Part shown: positions 13,287 through 25,342 of the stretch, piece after piece
Position numbering within the stretch: position 1 is the first letter of the stretch
Layout of the letters: each line of letters starts with the position of its first letter
Assembly (NCBI GenBank): GCA_010093815.1
Contig: ML996569.1
Direction: 5' to 3' (one strand)
Length of the DNA stretch: 64,000 nucleotides
Origin: Pseudovirgaria hyperparasitica
Taxonomy: Eukaryota
Notes under the pieces: model-generated
Seen by the model: the letters and a program-made list of their open reading frames with translations, nothing else
The model's database searches: none
What the model was told of the DNA's origin: nothing
Program-made: the position numbers and the translations under genes

Positions 13287-15411
13287 ATGGATCACCTTCA
13301 CCACAACCATGCACACATCCATCTTCACCGACGACATGGCGCCGAAGAGATCGTCCCGTTCATACAACCCGTGGAAAGAGCAGAAGATCCGTCTCCCGTA
13401 CAATTAGACCCTCAACTCAAGATTGTTGCCGGCAGAGCCATTTCGGAGCCATCATCAGCCTCAACAGCCAGCACATCATGTCTGCCAAACGATAGTCGTC
13501 CACAATGCGAAAAGCCTCAAGGCTCTAGGGCCTTGCCCATAGCTCTGGCCTCGACGTAAGCTTGACGTTTCCGCTACAATAGCACCATCACTGACTATAC
13601 ACAGCATTCCAATAATTGTCGCCATCATCGTATTCATCTTCCTCCACCGCCGGAACAAGAAGAAGGTTGCATTGGAAGACATGGACGCCAAGCACAAATC
13701 TCTCGACTTTGGTATCGATCCTGCTACCATGCCTGGAGGCAAGAAGAAGGGCAAGAAGGGTGCTCTTGCGGATCTCCAGCTGGACGAAAAGAAACAGCGT
13801 AATCACGGAAATGCTTTGTCAATGGACATGGACATGTCTAGTCCCTACCTTTTGCCAGCCGGCATGAACGGCTCGCGCGAATCCTTCCACTCCCTGTCAC
13901 GGTCAATGAAGGATACTCACGACCCGTATGGATCGGTGCACCAGATGTCCAACGACGGTCCGTACGCTCGTGGTCTCCGCGCTGACAACATGTCCGTCTT
14001 CACGGCCTCGAGCAAGAGCACCAATCCTTTGATTAGGGGGGCCTCACCCATGGGCAGATCAATTCCTCAGCGCGGCGACTCCATCCCAACTCCGACAGAT
14101 CGCACACCTCCCGAGATCAAGTTTCCTGAGCCTTCGCACCAGCCGGATTCCGCCATCAGCGGCCTACCACCAATGATCGATGGCGCTGGTCCCTTGGTGG
14201 AGGAACCCGAGGGCAGACAGGACTACTTTAGTGCCAACCAGCAACAAGATCCAAGCCCCGCAGCGCGCGACAGTGTATCAACCAGAGGCTCCAGACCATC
14301 TCAGAGCGCGAACCGACCTCCGCGCCTTCAATCAATGGAAGCTGCAGTGCACAATACCAACACTCATAGCATCGCAAGCCTATCTAGCGACTATGGAGAC
14401 AATTTCAAGGTGACGCCCCCATCGCCAATCGTTGAGACTACGTTGGAGCTTCCTGCACGGCACTCGATGGAAGCTATAACTCCACCTACCGAGATACAGC
14501 AACCCAAACCGACTGGTCTGGGCGTTGAGGGCTTCAACGGTGACGGGAACAAGAGATTTTCCATGAGCATACGTCCGTTGCCAATAGACGACCCTACGGA
14601 AAACCCCGAAGAGCGCGCAAACCGGATAAGATCCTTTTACCGTGAATACTTTGACGACTCGCGGCCCGATCCTGCAGGTCACTACGGCGATTATTACGAA
14701 GACTACGGTCAGGAGTATCTCGATGGTGCCATTTTCGATCCCGACTCGGGCCAATTTGTTATGGCGGGAGCTCCATACGCTGAGCCCATTACTCGTCGCG
14801 CAATGACTCCACCGCCCCGTGCGCCTCCACGTATGGGACCCAAGGGTCATTACTCCAGCGGTTCCACTGCCCGATTCATGCCACCTCGTGGCCAGTCCTC
14901 AATGAGCGGCATGAACAGTCCCAGGAAACCGCTTCCTCCTCCGGCTTCTCTCAAGTCGCTGCCGACGCCGCATCTGCTCAAGGATGATGCGAACCTGTTC
15001 ACTGCCCTTGACTTTGCACCGCCTGTCAGCTTCAGAGATCGACAGGCTGGTCGCCGCCCTGACAGTCCACTAGGCACTCCTAGACCGTACTCGCCTGCTG
15101 TTCAGCCTCACGTTCCGCTGTCGTCTCCGTTCACAGAGCTAAAGGCGATGCCCAGCCCTCATTCTCTTCGCAAATCTGGAACGTTTACCGGTCTTGACTT
15201 TGCGCCAAATGCACACCTTCTCAACAAACCTAGCAACGACAGTGACGCCCGTAGTGTCATGAGTAGTCGCTCTGGTATGTCGCGCATGCAGCTACACAAT
15301 ATCCGCGCGGGAGCCTACCGTGTGAGCCGCATACCCAAGGAGATGGTCGGTACCAGGGACGACATTGTTACAGCGTTGAAGCCTAAGTGGGACCTTACCG
15401 CTCCGGCATAA
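13287..15411 (+). CDS. Single-pass membrane protein with long Pro/Ser-rich cytoplasmic tail (Skg6/Tos2-like), 2 exons
   Basis: Intron 13556-13604 joins ...CEKP..LPIALAST|IPIIVAIIVFIFLHRR (TM helix plus basic stop-transfer) to KHKSLDFG and ERANRIRSFYREYF blocks recalled from Pezizomycotina homologs. The family name is from memory. Confidence 0.75.
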
Positions 15412-16326
15412 TGAAGGCATGACTTTGACACTCGCGAGCCATCTGTTCTTTCATTCTCGGCATTTCAAGCGTTTCGGCGTCGACACTTTGGTAGTGTTCT
15501 CTACGACCTTATAGACGGACTACCCCACAAACGCAGCTGGCCGGTCCAGAGCCAACGATTTCGACTCGCTCTTTGTTGACTGCAGCTGACTCACCGCTAT
15601 TCAGGGGCAGACACTGCGCCTCTCCCCACATAATCGCACCCCCAATCCTTCCTTTCGACGGTTACATTTTTCCTCTTACATGGTCTGAACCGTGACTACT
15701 ATTTACGGCGCAGATAATTGGGCTGGTAATGTGCAAGCTGGGAATAGGCGTTTACCTGTTGTTTCATTGTCCAGCTGAGATCAAGCTGATCTGCGGCAGT
15801 CGATAAAAAAATCTTAAAGTTAGTATGTAGTCGTGGTGGAGAGCAGCCTGTAGATATGTAAATTCTGTGTATCTATAGGGAACAGAGGATGAAACATCTC
15901 GACACTATTTTTGGCTACTCTATCTTTTCAATCTCTCCAATATTGACACCGTTCTCTTGTGACGTACCCGGACACCGGCTTGACCAATGGCAAGGCGCCA
16001 GACTTGGTTCATCTGTGATTGAAAGGAAGTAGTAAGGTCGAATCCAGGTATGTCTAGCATTTTCTGATTTGTCTAGTTCAACTTGTCTCGTCAACGATCA
16101 ACATCTCGAACATCTTCAAGCTCAAACAGGATAGCAACTCACACGCCTGTGATCGATTAGGGAGGAGATGAGTAAAGTGGCTATTGAAATCACCTGGACC
16201 TGCATATGACAGCTGTGGCGCAGTATAAAATACGTTCTATCGACTCAAACTCCAAAACCGAAACACATGCCTCGAATACCTGCGCAAGCTCGAAATCTAA
16301 CGTCACATCTATCCTATGATCGGCGC

Positions 16327-16390
16327 TCTCCCTCTCCTCTCCCTCTCCTCTCCCTCTCCTCTCCCTCTCCTCTCCCTCCCTCTCCCCCTC
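16327..16390. repeat. CT-rich simple repeat immediately 3' of the secreted-protein gene
   Basis: Pure pyrimidine (CTCTCC/CTCCT)-type tract on the + strand. Confidence 0.85.
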
Positions 16391-17172
16391 TACATTATGT
16401 AACTCAAATAAAACCCGGTCGCCGCATTATTACCAAGAACAAGGCTTCCCCACATATGTTGGGACTGCACTTCATTATTGATCATCAATCGCACCACCAC
16501 CTCCTGCTTACAATCCAGCGTGGGCCCAGTCTTACCATATACCGCTTCCATCTTGTCCCAGGTCGTAAAATCCAAACTAGGCTTCCACTTCCACTCCTCA
16601 CGCTCATACTGCTTCAACGAGGCGGGGTTTATATCGATGTTGCCATCTGCGGATGGTACGCCAGCGAGCTGTTGTGTTGCGACGGGACAGCCTCCCGCGC
16701 CATCGCAGCTGAATTGTCGCCCGGTTGAAAGTGCTGCGGTGCGCCATTTTAGGATGCAATCCCGGGCACCTGCGGGGATCCCGCTGAAGACGACGAGGGC
16801 ATCTGTGTCGTTTGTGACTAGTAAGATGTGATCTACGACCTGAGTGTCATGGTGTTCATTACGTGGGTTGAGAGCGTATATCTTTGGCGTGTTGATCTCG
16901 GTGGGTTCGGGGACAGGAGATGTGTATGCTTGGGCTGGAGCGGATGTCGGTGTCGGTGTCGGTGTCGGTGTTGGTGTTGATATAGTAGGCTCCGAGCACC
17001 GGTCTTCCTTGTGGCAGCCGTGCCAGCCGTTGCTGCAGTTGTAGTAGTTGTATCCTGCAGCGCAGGTTCCATTGTCTTCCAGTGTTGGGTTGTTGATGAC
17101 GCCGAAGGGGATCGCGATGCCGCGGCCGAGCACACTGGCGAGGGTAAGGATGAGAAGGCTTTTGGGAGACAT
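16390..17172 (-). CDS. Secreted Cys-containing protein (small Cys domain, PT linker, beta-rich C-terminal domain)
   Basis: MSPKSLLILTLASVLGRGIA is a signal peptide, followed by GTCAAGYNYYNCSNGWHGC..DRC, a (PT)n linker and VFSGIPAGARDCILKW. The upstream part of the 325-aa ORF is repeat-derived, so the start is placed at 17172. Confidence 0.8.
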   Translation of the reverse strand: MSPKSLLILTLASVLGRGIAIPFGVINNPTLEDNGTCAAGYNYYNCSNGWHGCHKEDRCSEPTISTPTPTPTPTPTSAPAQAYTSPVPEPTEINTPKIYALNPRNEHHDTQVVDHILLVTNDTDALVVFSGIPAGARDCILKWRTAALSTGRQFSCDGAGGCPVATQQLAGVPSADGNIDINPASLKQYEREEWKWKPSLDFTTWDKMEAVYGKTGPTLDCKQEVVVRLMINNEVQSQHMWGSLVLGNNAATGFYLSYIM

Positions 17173-17210
17173 TTTGCGCGTTGTTGTGGATGCTGGATGC
17201 TGAAAGTTGG

Positions 17211-17309
17211 ATGCTTGAGATGCTTGAGATGCTTGAGATGCTTGAGATGCTTGAGATGCTTGAGATGCTTGAGATGCTTGAGATGCTTGAGATGCTTGAG
17301 ATGCTTGAG
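17211..17309. repeat. 9-bp tandem repeat (ATGCTTGAG)x11 in the probable 5' UTR of the secreted-protein gene
   Basis: Eleven exact copies read directly. Confidence 0.95.
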
Positions 17310-19004
17310 ATGTGCGTGATGATAGACAAAACACTGCGCACCGGACGACACTTATATATCCCTCCATCCCTCGCTCTCTTCATACATCTATTCCCATCCT
17401 GAATCATCTAGTCCTGCCCTCTCCACGCATACCTCTGACACATATTCGTCGCTCAGCCTCCTTCAATACTACCAACACCAACACCATCTCATCCAACAGA
17501 GCAGCATGTCAATACCAGTATATTCCTTGAAAGCATAGTATGTATAGAAGTAAGGTTATGGCACGTGTAGTGAAGTGGAGTAGAAGGCTTTGCATGTAGG
17601 TTTGGACTTGGTGTGAGAAGCAAGGGTTGGGGCATAGCTGGCGTGTAGTGAGGCGGGCACGAGATTCTGGCTTGACTTGGTTTTCTATTGGCTGGTTGAG
17701 ATGGCAGTCTTGAGCATATCTATTAATATTATCAAGGGGAGTAGTAGGACACTGGAGTATTTGGATATCGGGATACTGGAATGATGGAACACCCTCGAAT
17801 GCAGACACCCGGTCTTGAGCAAATTCAAAGCAAAAGTAATAGAACTAAGTTCATACAACCTGACATAATCAACTCAATATAACCCACAAAACAGCAGCAA
17901 CAACAATGACCATGACCACCTGCAACAAGCCTCACGCGTTGAAGCCTGGCCTGGCCTAGTCTGGTCTAGATAGTTAGATCGCGGCCTAGTTCACGACGGT
18001 CGAGTTCACTGCGATCATCCTGTTCCCAGAGTGCATTCGTCGTTTCAGGACTGCGTATATCGTGAACAAACTGCGCCTAGAATGGCCTGGCATGGCATGG
18101 CATAGAGCAGCGTAGCATAGCATGGCATAGCCCATTCCATCTATACGGTGTAAATTCATCGTACATGTGACTACCGTGCCTCTTTCCCGCGCGGCTACAC
18201 AACCACTATACATATTCAGCATCACGTGTCGTTTGTATGGGCTGCTTAAGGCTGCCCGTCAGCGATGATGAGGCTGCTGTCATTGAGGCTGTGCGCACGA
18301 GGACGGATGGTCAGATCTCGAGATGGAGTAAGGGGTTAGTAAGGCTGTTTGAACGATTGAGGCTGGTGAGGCTGTGCTAGCTACGTGTTACCCTGTCGTC
18401 GCAATGCTTGTAATACATAACATCGTGGAATGGGTGGGATGGATGAGATGAATGAAGAGAGGGAGGGTGGATATGTTGGAGATCTTGTTAACGATAGCCG
18501 TACACGTGCTTGTGCATGTGCTGCTGGGGCGTGGATACGTGTTGGGAGATGTTGACGTGGGAAGTTGCTGTGGGATGTGTGGATCTCAGATATTGATGAA
18601 GAGGGCGTTTTGGGGTTTATGGCGCTTGAGGACATGATGAGGCCATCTCTAGGTGGTCGACTTACTATTGTATGTCTCAGGATTATTCGAAATTGCGTGA
18701 TATGGAGTGCTTGTGATTATGGTAATAGCAGGAGGAGATGTGCAATGTATTGTGTTGTGTCGTGTTGTAGTAGATGAGCTATGGTCTATCTAGGACTATA
18801 AATAACTGCAGCTAAGACTGACTCGTACTAGAGAGCTGTACCTAGATGGGCATGGGTAGTGTGTTGGTGATTGACCCAATCACAGAACGGAGGCCCCAGC
18901 ATGATTGATCGACGTCATGGAGAATACTGCCCTCACGCGTCTCGGACGCGCCCGATTGTATTCGCATAAACCGTCAAGAACAGGTCCTATACCACCCTCC
19001 TAGC

Positions 19005-19991
19005 ATGAACGTATACGAGACGAAGCGCGCCGAGAAGATTGCTCGCAATCAAGCTCTCCTGCGCGACCTCGGGCTCAACGAAAAAGCCCATAACAAGGCC
19101 GACAGAGGTAGCAGACCATCTGCAAAGAAGCGGAAGCTCGAGACTAAAGTTCAGGCAACCCCGTCACGCGTATCTGCTCGCATTGCTGCCACGCCGTCGC
19201 GTCCGGTCTACAACGAGGATGAACATAAGAAAGTAGGTAGGGTAGCAGCGAAGAGTGTTGCACGAAGAGCTGCGCCAGTCAAGACGGAGACCGACACATC
19301 AGCACCCACGGGCAGCTCACGTTACTCCCCAGAGGCGATTGAGGAAATCAAAGCGCGATGGACGTCGTGGACGCCTAGCGCATCTGTGCCTACACGCTCA
19401 CAAGACAGTCGGTTCCACTTCGACGACTTCGAGGACTTTACGCCAAACAAGTCGCCCGAAGAAATACTACGTGAGGGCGCTTTTGGAGGCACATTCTTCC
19501 GGCCCTTGTTCTCCCGCACACTGGGCATCACGGTGCAGGATGACTGGACTGACATACCCGCCGCCTGGATCTCAGGCCTCAATACAGAGAAATACCTCAC
19601 GAGCACAGAATACGATCCCGCGGTCAACAAATACGGCGTGTCTTGTGGACAGTCCATCGAAGAGTGGGAAGCTGCGGGCTGGATACGGCATGATTTTGAT
19701 GCGCGGGGCTGGTTTCAGTGGTACTATCGCTTTTTCCTAGGGCGACGTTGCGATGACGACGAAAGACAGATCTCGCGGTGGAAGAAGTGTGTCGGACAGA
19801 CTGGGCGGTGGAGGAGGATCTTGCTGAAGAAGTACGTGCAGATGGGCATCAGGACCGTCGCCGATGAGGGCGAAGAGGAGGGTGAAGAGGAAGCGAGAGA
19901 GGTCAGTCCTGTCGTTCATCAGACCTGCCTGCACTGGGCGTACGAAGTGCGGCAGGATGCTTTGGATGAGTTCTGGGCGAATGGGACATGA
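19005..19991 (+). CDS. Conserved protein of unknown function (GAFGGT / W-rich family)
   Basis: 328-aa intronless ORF. N-terminal YE..R...IARNQALLRDLGL helix and NLS-like KKRK; conserved-looking core FTPNKSPEEILREGAFGGTFFR..NKYGVSCGQS..WE..GW..D.RGWFQWY.RFFLGRR..DDERQI.RW..QTCLHW. Confidence 0.85.
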   Translation: MNVYETKRAEKIARNQALLRDLGLNEKAHNKADRGSRPSAKKRKLETKVQATPSRVSARIAATPSRPVYNEDEHKKVGRVAAKSVARRAAPVKTETDTSAPTGSSRYSPEAIEEIKARWTSWTPSASVPTRSQDSRFHFDDFEDFTPNKSPEEILREGAFGGTFFRPLFSRTLGITVQDDWTDIPAAWISGLNTEKYLTSTEYDPAVNKYGVSCGQSIEEWEAAGWIRHDFDARGWFQWYYRFFLGRRCDDDERQISRWKKCVGQTGRWRRILLKKYVQMGIRTVADEGEEEGEEEAREVSPVVHQTCLHWAYEVRQDALDEFWANGT

Positions 19992-20944
19992 CCGATGATA
20001 TCCGGCGCCTTGTCGACTGCAAATATTATATGCTTCATATCTTATATCGCCGAACAATACGCTACTCTAGCAGTCATGATCAGAGATCAGGTCAGCGCAT
20101 GTGTCTTATTATACCCAAGCTTCTCGGTGTCTGCTAAGCTCCAGCCTCCCAGCAAGGTTGTTGAGGATATTGTACATAAATGGCGGCTCGTCCACTTGAA
20201 CCACCAACCTCACGTCCAAGCATCCCCTAACAGATGCAGCACCCATGAAGAATGCATAGCCTTCACGGCCGCAAGGCTCGATCGTCGTGCTGGTGTATAT
20301 ACGGAGATAAAAATGTAATGAAATCAATGTTGTGGTGGGCATTCCGGCCCTATCAGAGACATGTCATGCGTAATTGTTTAGTGGGTGCTCCGTTGCCCGG
20401 GCAGCACGTAAACAAGCTCGCGCACCTCGACCCAATAAACACACGACCACCAGGCGATCGCAGCGTGCCAGTGCCAGAACTGTGGACTTGAATTCGAGTT
20501 ACTGCATAACTATTGGTTCAGACTTTCAACGCCACAGGTCGACCCCGGGAGTTCACAGTCAGCTGCTTCTAGTGGGGGAAATGGTGGTGGTGGTGTGCGC
20601 AATCTTCTAGCCACCTGTAAACATTCAACATTACGACCTCCAAGTAACCCAACCTCGTCGTCGTGTCGATCACCTCTCTCTCAATAGTTGTCTACCACCG
20701 CTCTGCAGCTTCGAACTCTACACTTCTCTACCCAACATCGAACTAACCTTGCGAAACACCTACGTCCGACGTTTGCCGTGCTCGAAGACTGCCCGTGAGG
20801 CCCGCGACATCCATCTCCGCACTACAGGCTTTGGACAGAATCATGCATAGGCGGCTGTACACGCTGTCTACGCCCGTCTGATCCACCTTGCTGCATCATA
20901 TATCTTTCAACTCACTCTGCCGGTGCGCGCAGTGCGCTATCGAC

Positions 20945-23900
20945 ATGAGGCTCGATGCCTTTTTCAACCTTCCAGCCGCTTTACTCGCTTTGATCGCAGC
21001 TCCGGTTCTTGCGCAGCTTCCTTACAACCCTACAACCCTCCTCAACTCACCTGCTGAAGACCGCCTCATCTATGCCTTCAAACCGCTCTCTGGCTCGACC
21101 GACACATTCGAGCTTGCATACCTAAACGCATCGTCCTTCTTGCAGGCTTCCACTCTGCAGTTCACAACACTCTCGGCGAGTCTACCGTTCCTCAAAAGCG
21201 CTACGCAGCCTTTCGTACCTACAATTGGAAGAGACGGGAATATCACAATATATACTGGTAACTGCTCGTTGGGGCCATCCGGGGCACAGGTATGGAGGTA
21301 TGCTCCCAATCCAGATCCCGCCAGGCTGGGGAGCTGGTCGCAACTTTCCATAGCACCTCCTGCCAATGTTACGTATGGTGCGCCGAACTTCCTGGTATCT
21401 GGCATATCCTTCGCAAGCCAAACTGAGGGAAACGACACCACATCCAGCATCTATATGCTTGGCGGCATGTGTCCGACAAACGATACCACCCCGGAGACAT
21501 GGCAGTCTGTCGCGAGCTATTCGAACACAATGATATCCGTCGATCCGGAGAACGGGAGTGCCGAAACAGCTTACGGCTTGGATACGGTGTCCAGCCACGA
21601 GCCACTGATTGCTCAAGCCGGGTATGCTGTCGCACCCTTGCAAGCGACTTACTCGGACGTCGATAGCGGAGCTCCTATTGAGCAACAAGACTTTGTCATC
21701 ATTGGTGGCCAGACCGATGTAGCATGGATCAACATGTCGAGAATTGCTTTGTTCTCGCTGCCACAGGAGAGTTTTGCGTACATAGACGTCGATGAACCAG
21801 ACGGACAGCACACCGATCTTGCCTTGCGGACCGACATTACCGAGATCCAACCCAGATCGGGACATACAGCAGTGTTGTCAGAAGACGGAAGATCAATAGT
21901 CGTGTATGGTGGTTGGGTCGGTGACGTTACGAACCCTGCAGAACCCCAGCTCGCTATATTAAAAGTTGGAAGAGGCTATGGGGGTGAAGGCCCATGGCAG
22001 TGGGTGGCACCGTCTTCATCTGGGACCGGGCTAGCAGTCAACGCAGGCTTGTATGGCCATGGCGCTACGCTATTAGCAGGAAATGTCATGATGATATCCG
22101 GCGGGTTCGGCATATCCGCACCATCTAATACATATCGACGACAGTCCACGCAGATGCAGAACAGACAGACAATTTTTTACAATGTGACTTCGAACTCGTG
22201 GATAGACACGTATATTGCACCACCCTCGACTGCATCAGATAAAATCGGCGATGGAGATTCGGGTGGATCAAGCACGTCCAAGAAGGTTGGTATTGGCGCT
22301 GGAGTTGGCCTTGTAGCTCTGGCTGCTGTGGTCGTTGGCTTCAGCTATTGGTACATTCGTCGAAGAAAAGCCCTTGAAGAAGAGGCCAAGGAGAAAGATG
22401 GTTATCTCCCTGAAACGGCCCAGGACATCCAGCCATATGGAGATGGAGGTCTTGGGAATGAACCAACCTCTGCCTATTACTTCCCTGGACAGGATCCCCG
22501 GCACGGCTGGAAGAACAATCAGACGCAGGAAGCCCAGAGAACAGGCCTGTTGGTCGAAATACCAAGTCCCACTCGAGGACTACGGCGCAATCTCGCCAAC
22601 AGGCCTGTTGCTTATGCAGATGGTCGACTCCCGACTTCTGCAAGTAATATCCACCCGATCGACGAGCTCGATGAGGAAGAAGATGATGGGGAAGCCATGG
22701 AAAGAAGGTCTGTGCCAGTACAACCTACTGATGAGGTAGAGAGACCTGAAACGTCCGATCGAATACCTTTCATGGCCGGCAGTCTAAACCCTTTGGGAAG
22801 TCACCCAATTCATGAACCGCCGCAGGCTCGACCACCACAACACCGACATACGAACTCGATCACCTCGAATTACACGTCAGCGACCGCGGATTGGTGTCAA
22901 GAGATGGACGAGAAAAATGCAGGTATCTGGGTCAGCAGCAAAGATACCAGCTCGTCAAGCAGTTCCGGCGGTCGCATATCGCCTGACAAATCGGAGCGAA
23001 CAATATCTAACCTCAGCGATAAGAGTTTGCGATCAGAAGTCTCGGCACGCTCAAGCAATGGGGCTTTCGCCATGGGTCGGAATCTCTCTCTTCGATCGTC
23101 CACACTTCTCAATTCAATGACAGATCCATTCATGACCCCCCAAACTAGTCCAGTTCATGAATATCCACCAACGCGGCATTCTGGCGTACCGCAGCCGTAT
23201 ATAATCGGTGGGAACGACAGCAAGGAGACTTTTATGACAGCCAAATCAAACTTTGCGGCTCTGCAAGCCGAAGGCCAAGCTCTTCTTGGTGGTCGTCCCG
23301 AGCACGATGCAGGTGCATTTCCACCGGACGTCCACGATTATGAAGACGAAGAGTTCGAGACTCGCCGTCGTGAACGCAGTCGTTCCTTTCTTGGCAATGT
23401 TCGACGTGCACTCAACCGGACTATCACTCGCACATCGAGTACAGGCCAACGTCCTGCAAGCTGGGTGCATCGCAGCGCATCGGGGTCAAAACGACCTACG
23501 ACAGCAGACTATGGCGCTGTAGAAGATCGTTCTGACTCCGTATCGCCTGAGAGACGTATCTCTAGGGTTCCCGGCTCTCAACGTTCCGATGCACCTCGTC
23601 GCGCAGCCTCGGACGCATCCTTCTGGAAGTCCAAGCGCGGTGCGAAAGACTGGAACTACGATCCAAATACGTCACCAGTAGCCGAAACTATCTTCAAGTG
23701 GCGACGCAATAGCGGCGACGACTGGGGTGCTCCTGAAGATGCCCGTGAGAAAGCACGACAAGAGGAGGAAGAATGGAACGTAGAGGATGCAGCTGAGACG
23801 CGCGATGTGCAGATGACTTTCACGGTACCCAAGCAGAGGCTCAGAGTTGTCAACAGAACCAGCAAGATGAGTTTGGCTACCACAAGCGATGGTGGTGGCA

Positions 23901-24118
23901 GCCGACTCGGCGATGGCGATGATCGGTACACTACCGCAGACGACCGGAGCACAATTGCCGACGATCGAAGCGAAGTTGCAGAGGCCATTCGACGGGAAGA
24001 GCTCGAAGAGGAGCGGCGCCTCCACCGTCTCGAGAGACAGAGGCTAGAAGAACGACTGCGAAGAGAACGGAGTCGCGTGGAGGAGCTGAGAGCCTTGTTC
24101 GAGCGAAAAGAGCTCTGA
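20945..24118 (+). CDS. Type I membrane protein with kelch/galactose-oxidase-like beta-propeller ectodomain
   Basis: Signal peptide MRLDAFFNLPAALLALIAAPVLA; GG-containing kelch-like motifs (YMLGGMC, IIGGQT, PRSGHTAVL..IVVYGGW, LYGHGA..MMISGG); TM helix GIGAGVGLVALAAVVVGFSYWYI followed by RRRK; long disordered tail. Confidence 0.85.
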   Translation: MRLDAFFNLPAALLALIAAPVLAQLPYNPTTLLNSPAEDRLIYAFKPLSGSTDTFELAYLNASSFLQASTLQFTTLSASLPFLKSATQPFVPTIGRDGNITIYTGNCSLGPSGAQVWRYAPNPDPARLGSWSQLSIAPPANVTYGAPNFLVSGISFASQTEGNDTTSSIYMLGGMCPTNDTTPETWQSVASYSNTMISVDPENGSAETAYGLDTVSSHEPLIAQAGYAVAPLQATYSDVDSGAPIEQQDFVIIGGQTDVAWINMSRIALFSLPQESFAYIDVDEPDGQHTDLALRTDITEIQPRSGHTAVLSEDGRSIVVYGGWVGDVTNPAEPQLAILKVGRGYGGEGPWQWVAPSSSGTGLAVNAGLYGHGATLLAGNVMMISGGFGISAPSNTYRRQSTQMQNRQTIFYNVTSNSWIDTYIAPPSTASDKIGDGDSGGSSTSKKVGIGAGVGLVALAAVVVGFSYWYIRRRKALEEEAKEKDGYLPETAQDIQPYGDGGLGNEPTSAYYFPGQDPRHGWKNNQTQEAQRTGLLVEIPSPTRGLRRNLANRPVAYADGRLPTSASNIHPIDELDEEEDDGEAMERRSVPVQPTDEVERPETSDRIPFMAGSLNPLGSHPIHEPPQARPPQHRHTNSITSNYTSATADWCQEMDEKNAGIWVSSKDTSSSSSSGGRISPDKSERTISNLSDKSLRSEVSARSSNGAFAMGRNLSLRSSTLLNSMTDPFMTPQTSPVHEYPPTRHSGVPQPYIIGGNDSKETFMTAKSNFAALQAEGQALLGGRPEHDAGAFPPDVHDYEDEEFETRRRERSRSFLGNVRRALNRTITRTSSTGQRPASWVHRSASGSKRPTTADYGAVEDRSDSVSPERRISRVPGSQRSDAPRRAASDASFWKSKRGAKDWNYDPNTSPVAETIFKWRRNSGDDWGAPEDAREKARQEEEEWNVEDAAETRDVQMTFTVPKQRLRVVNRTSKMSLATTSDGGGSRLGDGDDRYTTADDRSTIADDRSEVAEAIRREELEEERRLHRLERQRLEERLRRERSRVEELRALFERKEL

Positions 24119-25342
24119 TGTCTTTTGTTTTTGGAAATCTACGAGCTTGAGTCGGCACAGTGATTGATGTTTTATGACTGGTTGGAAACCTCTTTGAGAG
24201 TATGGATTTTTGCATGGAGTTTGGTGCATTTAGGCTCAATCTTTTGGGAGTACATACACACGACACGCTGTATGTACACAGGATCCTGGTTTATATAGAC
24301 ATCGATGGCGAGTGAGAGCGGATTTTTATATTTTTGTCGTATATACGTAGATGTAGGCGGTGTTATATCCAAACGTTGGAATATAATTGAGATCATACCC
24401 AATCATTGTTCTGTCTTGTCTTTGGAGTGACGTATTGGTGAAGTCTGTTCCTACTCTGCGCCCTTCGTGCCAGCGAGATGCACTTGAAGTGAAGTTTTCA
24501 ATGCCTCGGCGGAGGACTCCGTCTCTGTCAGTCATGGACGGATTGATAGCTTGATACTCGCGAGCTACCTCCATCTAGGCCTCGGTGTGGATGGGCGGTT
24601 GTTGAGTGTGATGTGTATATGTGTATGTATATGTATATAAAGATTGTAGTGGATAGTGGTGGGAGTGATGGTGATTGATTAGCTAACTAGACTTGGATAC
24701 AGAAGGATGTGTCGTCTTGTGGTATTATTGGGTCCTTATAATGGTTTGATTTTGTGTGTTCTTTCTATGGCGTACATGCTGAGTTGTTGATCTTAGTCTT
24801 TTATTGTTATGTTGAATGGCTACTTGATTGGTAGGCCCTAGGAGATTTGGGGTTTGTTTGGGGTAATTGGGATGGTGAATTGATTACTTTTTGGGGGGGT
24901 TTGCAGATGGTTGTGCTTTTCATTCTTACACCGGGAACTACATGTGATCTTATTCAGAAACAATGTCGTGGATCTGTTGTTACACCTATCAGCAAGTCTG
25001 TCCATTGATGAAAGTGAACAGCAAAACAATTGACATTCCTTGCATCACGTTCTTGAGATACTGTATCTGCCGCTCATGACCAAGCCGCAGACACGGGCTG
25101 ACTCTGAACGACTCGTGTCAGCCTCGTGGTACATATGTCCCTTGCCTCACACCCCTGCATCATCCTTATCACGTCCGGGAACATCTCCGTTCTCGGCCAC
25201 TGCGTACAGGAAACAACCACTGTTGGCCCGACCAACCTGCCGCACCAACCCCTGGACATCACGCAGAACGGCCACAAAATCGCACCATACGCGCCGGACA
25301 CACATACATACACACATATACATATATACCGCTCCTCTCGCC

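Noticed and set aside
16833..17407. Overlapping ORFs with (HLK)n, (SIS)n, (CLR)n, (MLE)n and the (SQA)n extension
   Set aside because: All are translations of the stop-free 9-bp repeat.
24326..24574. 82-aa minus-strand ORF downstream of the kelch gene
   Set aside because: No motif or clear splice partner; cannot be supported as a gene.
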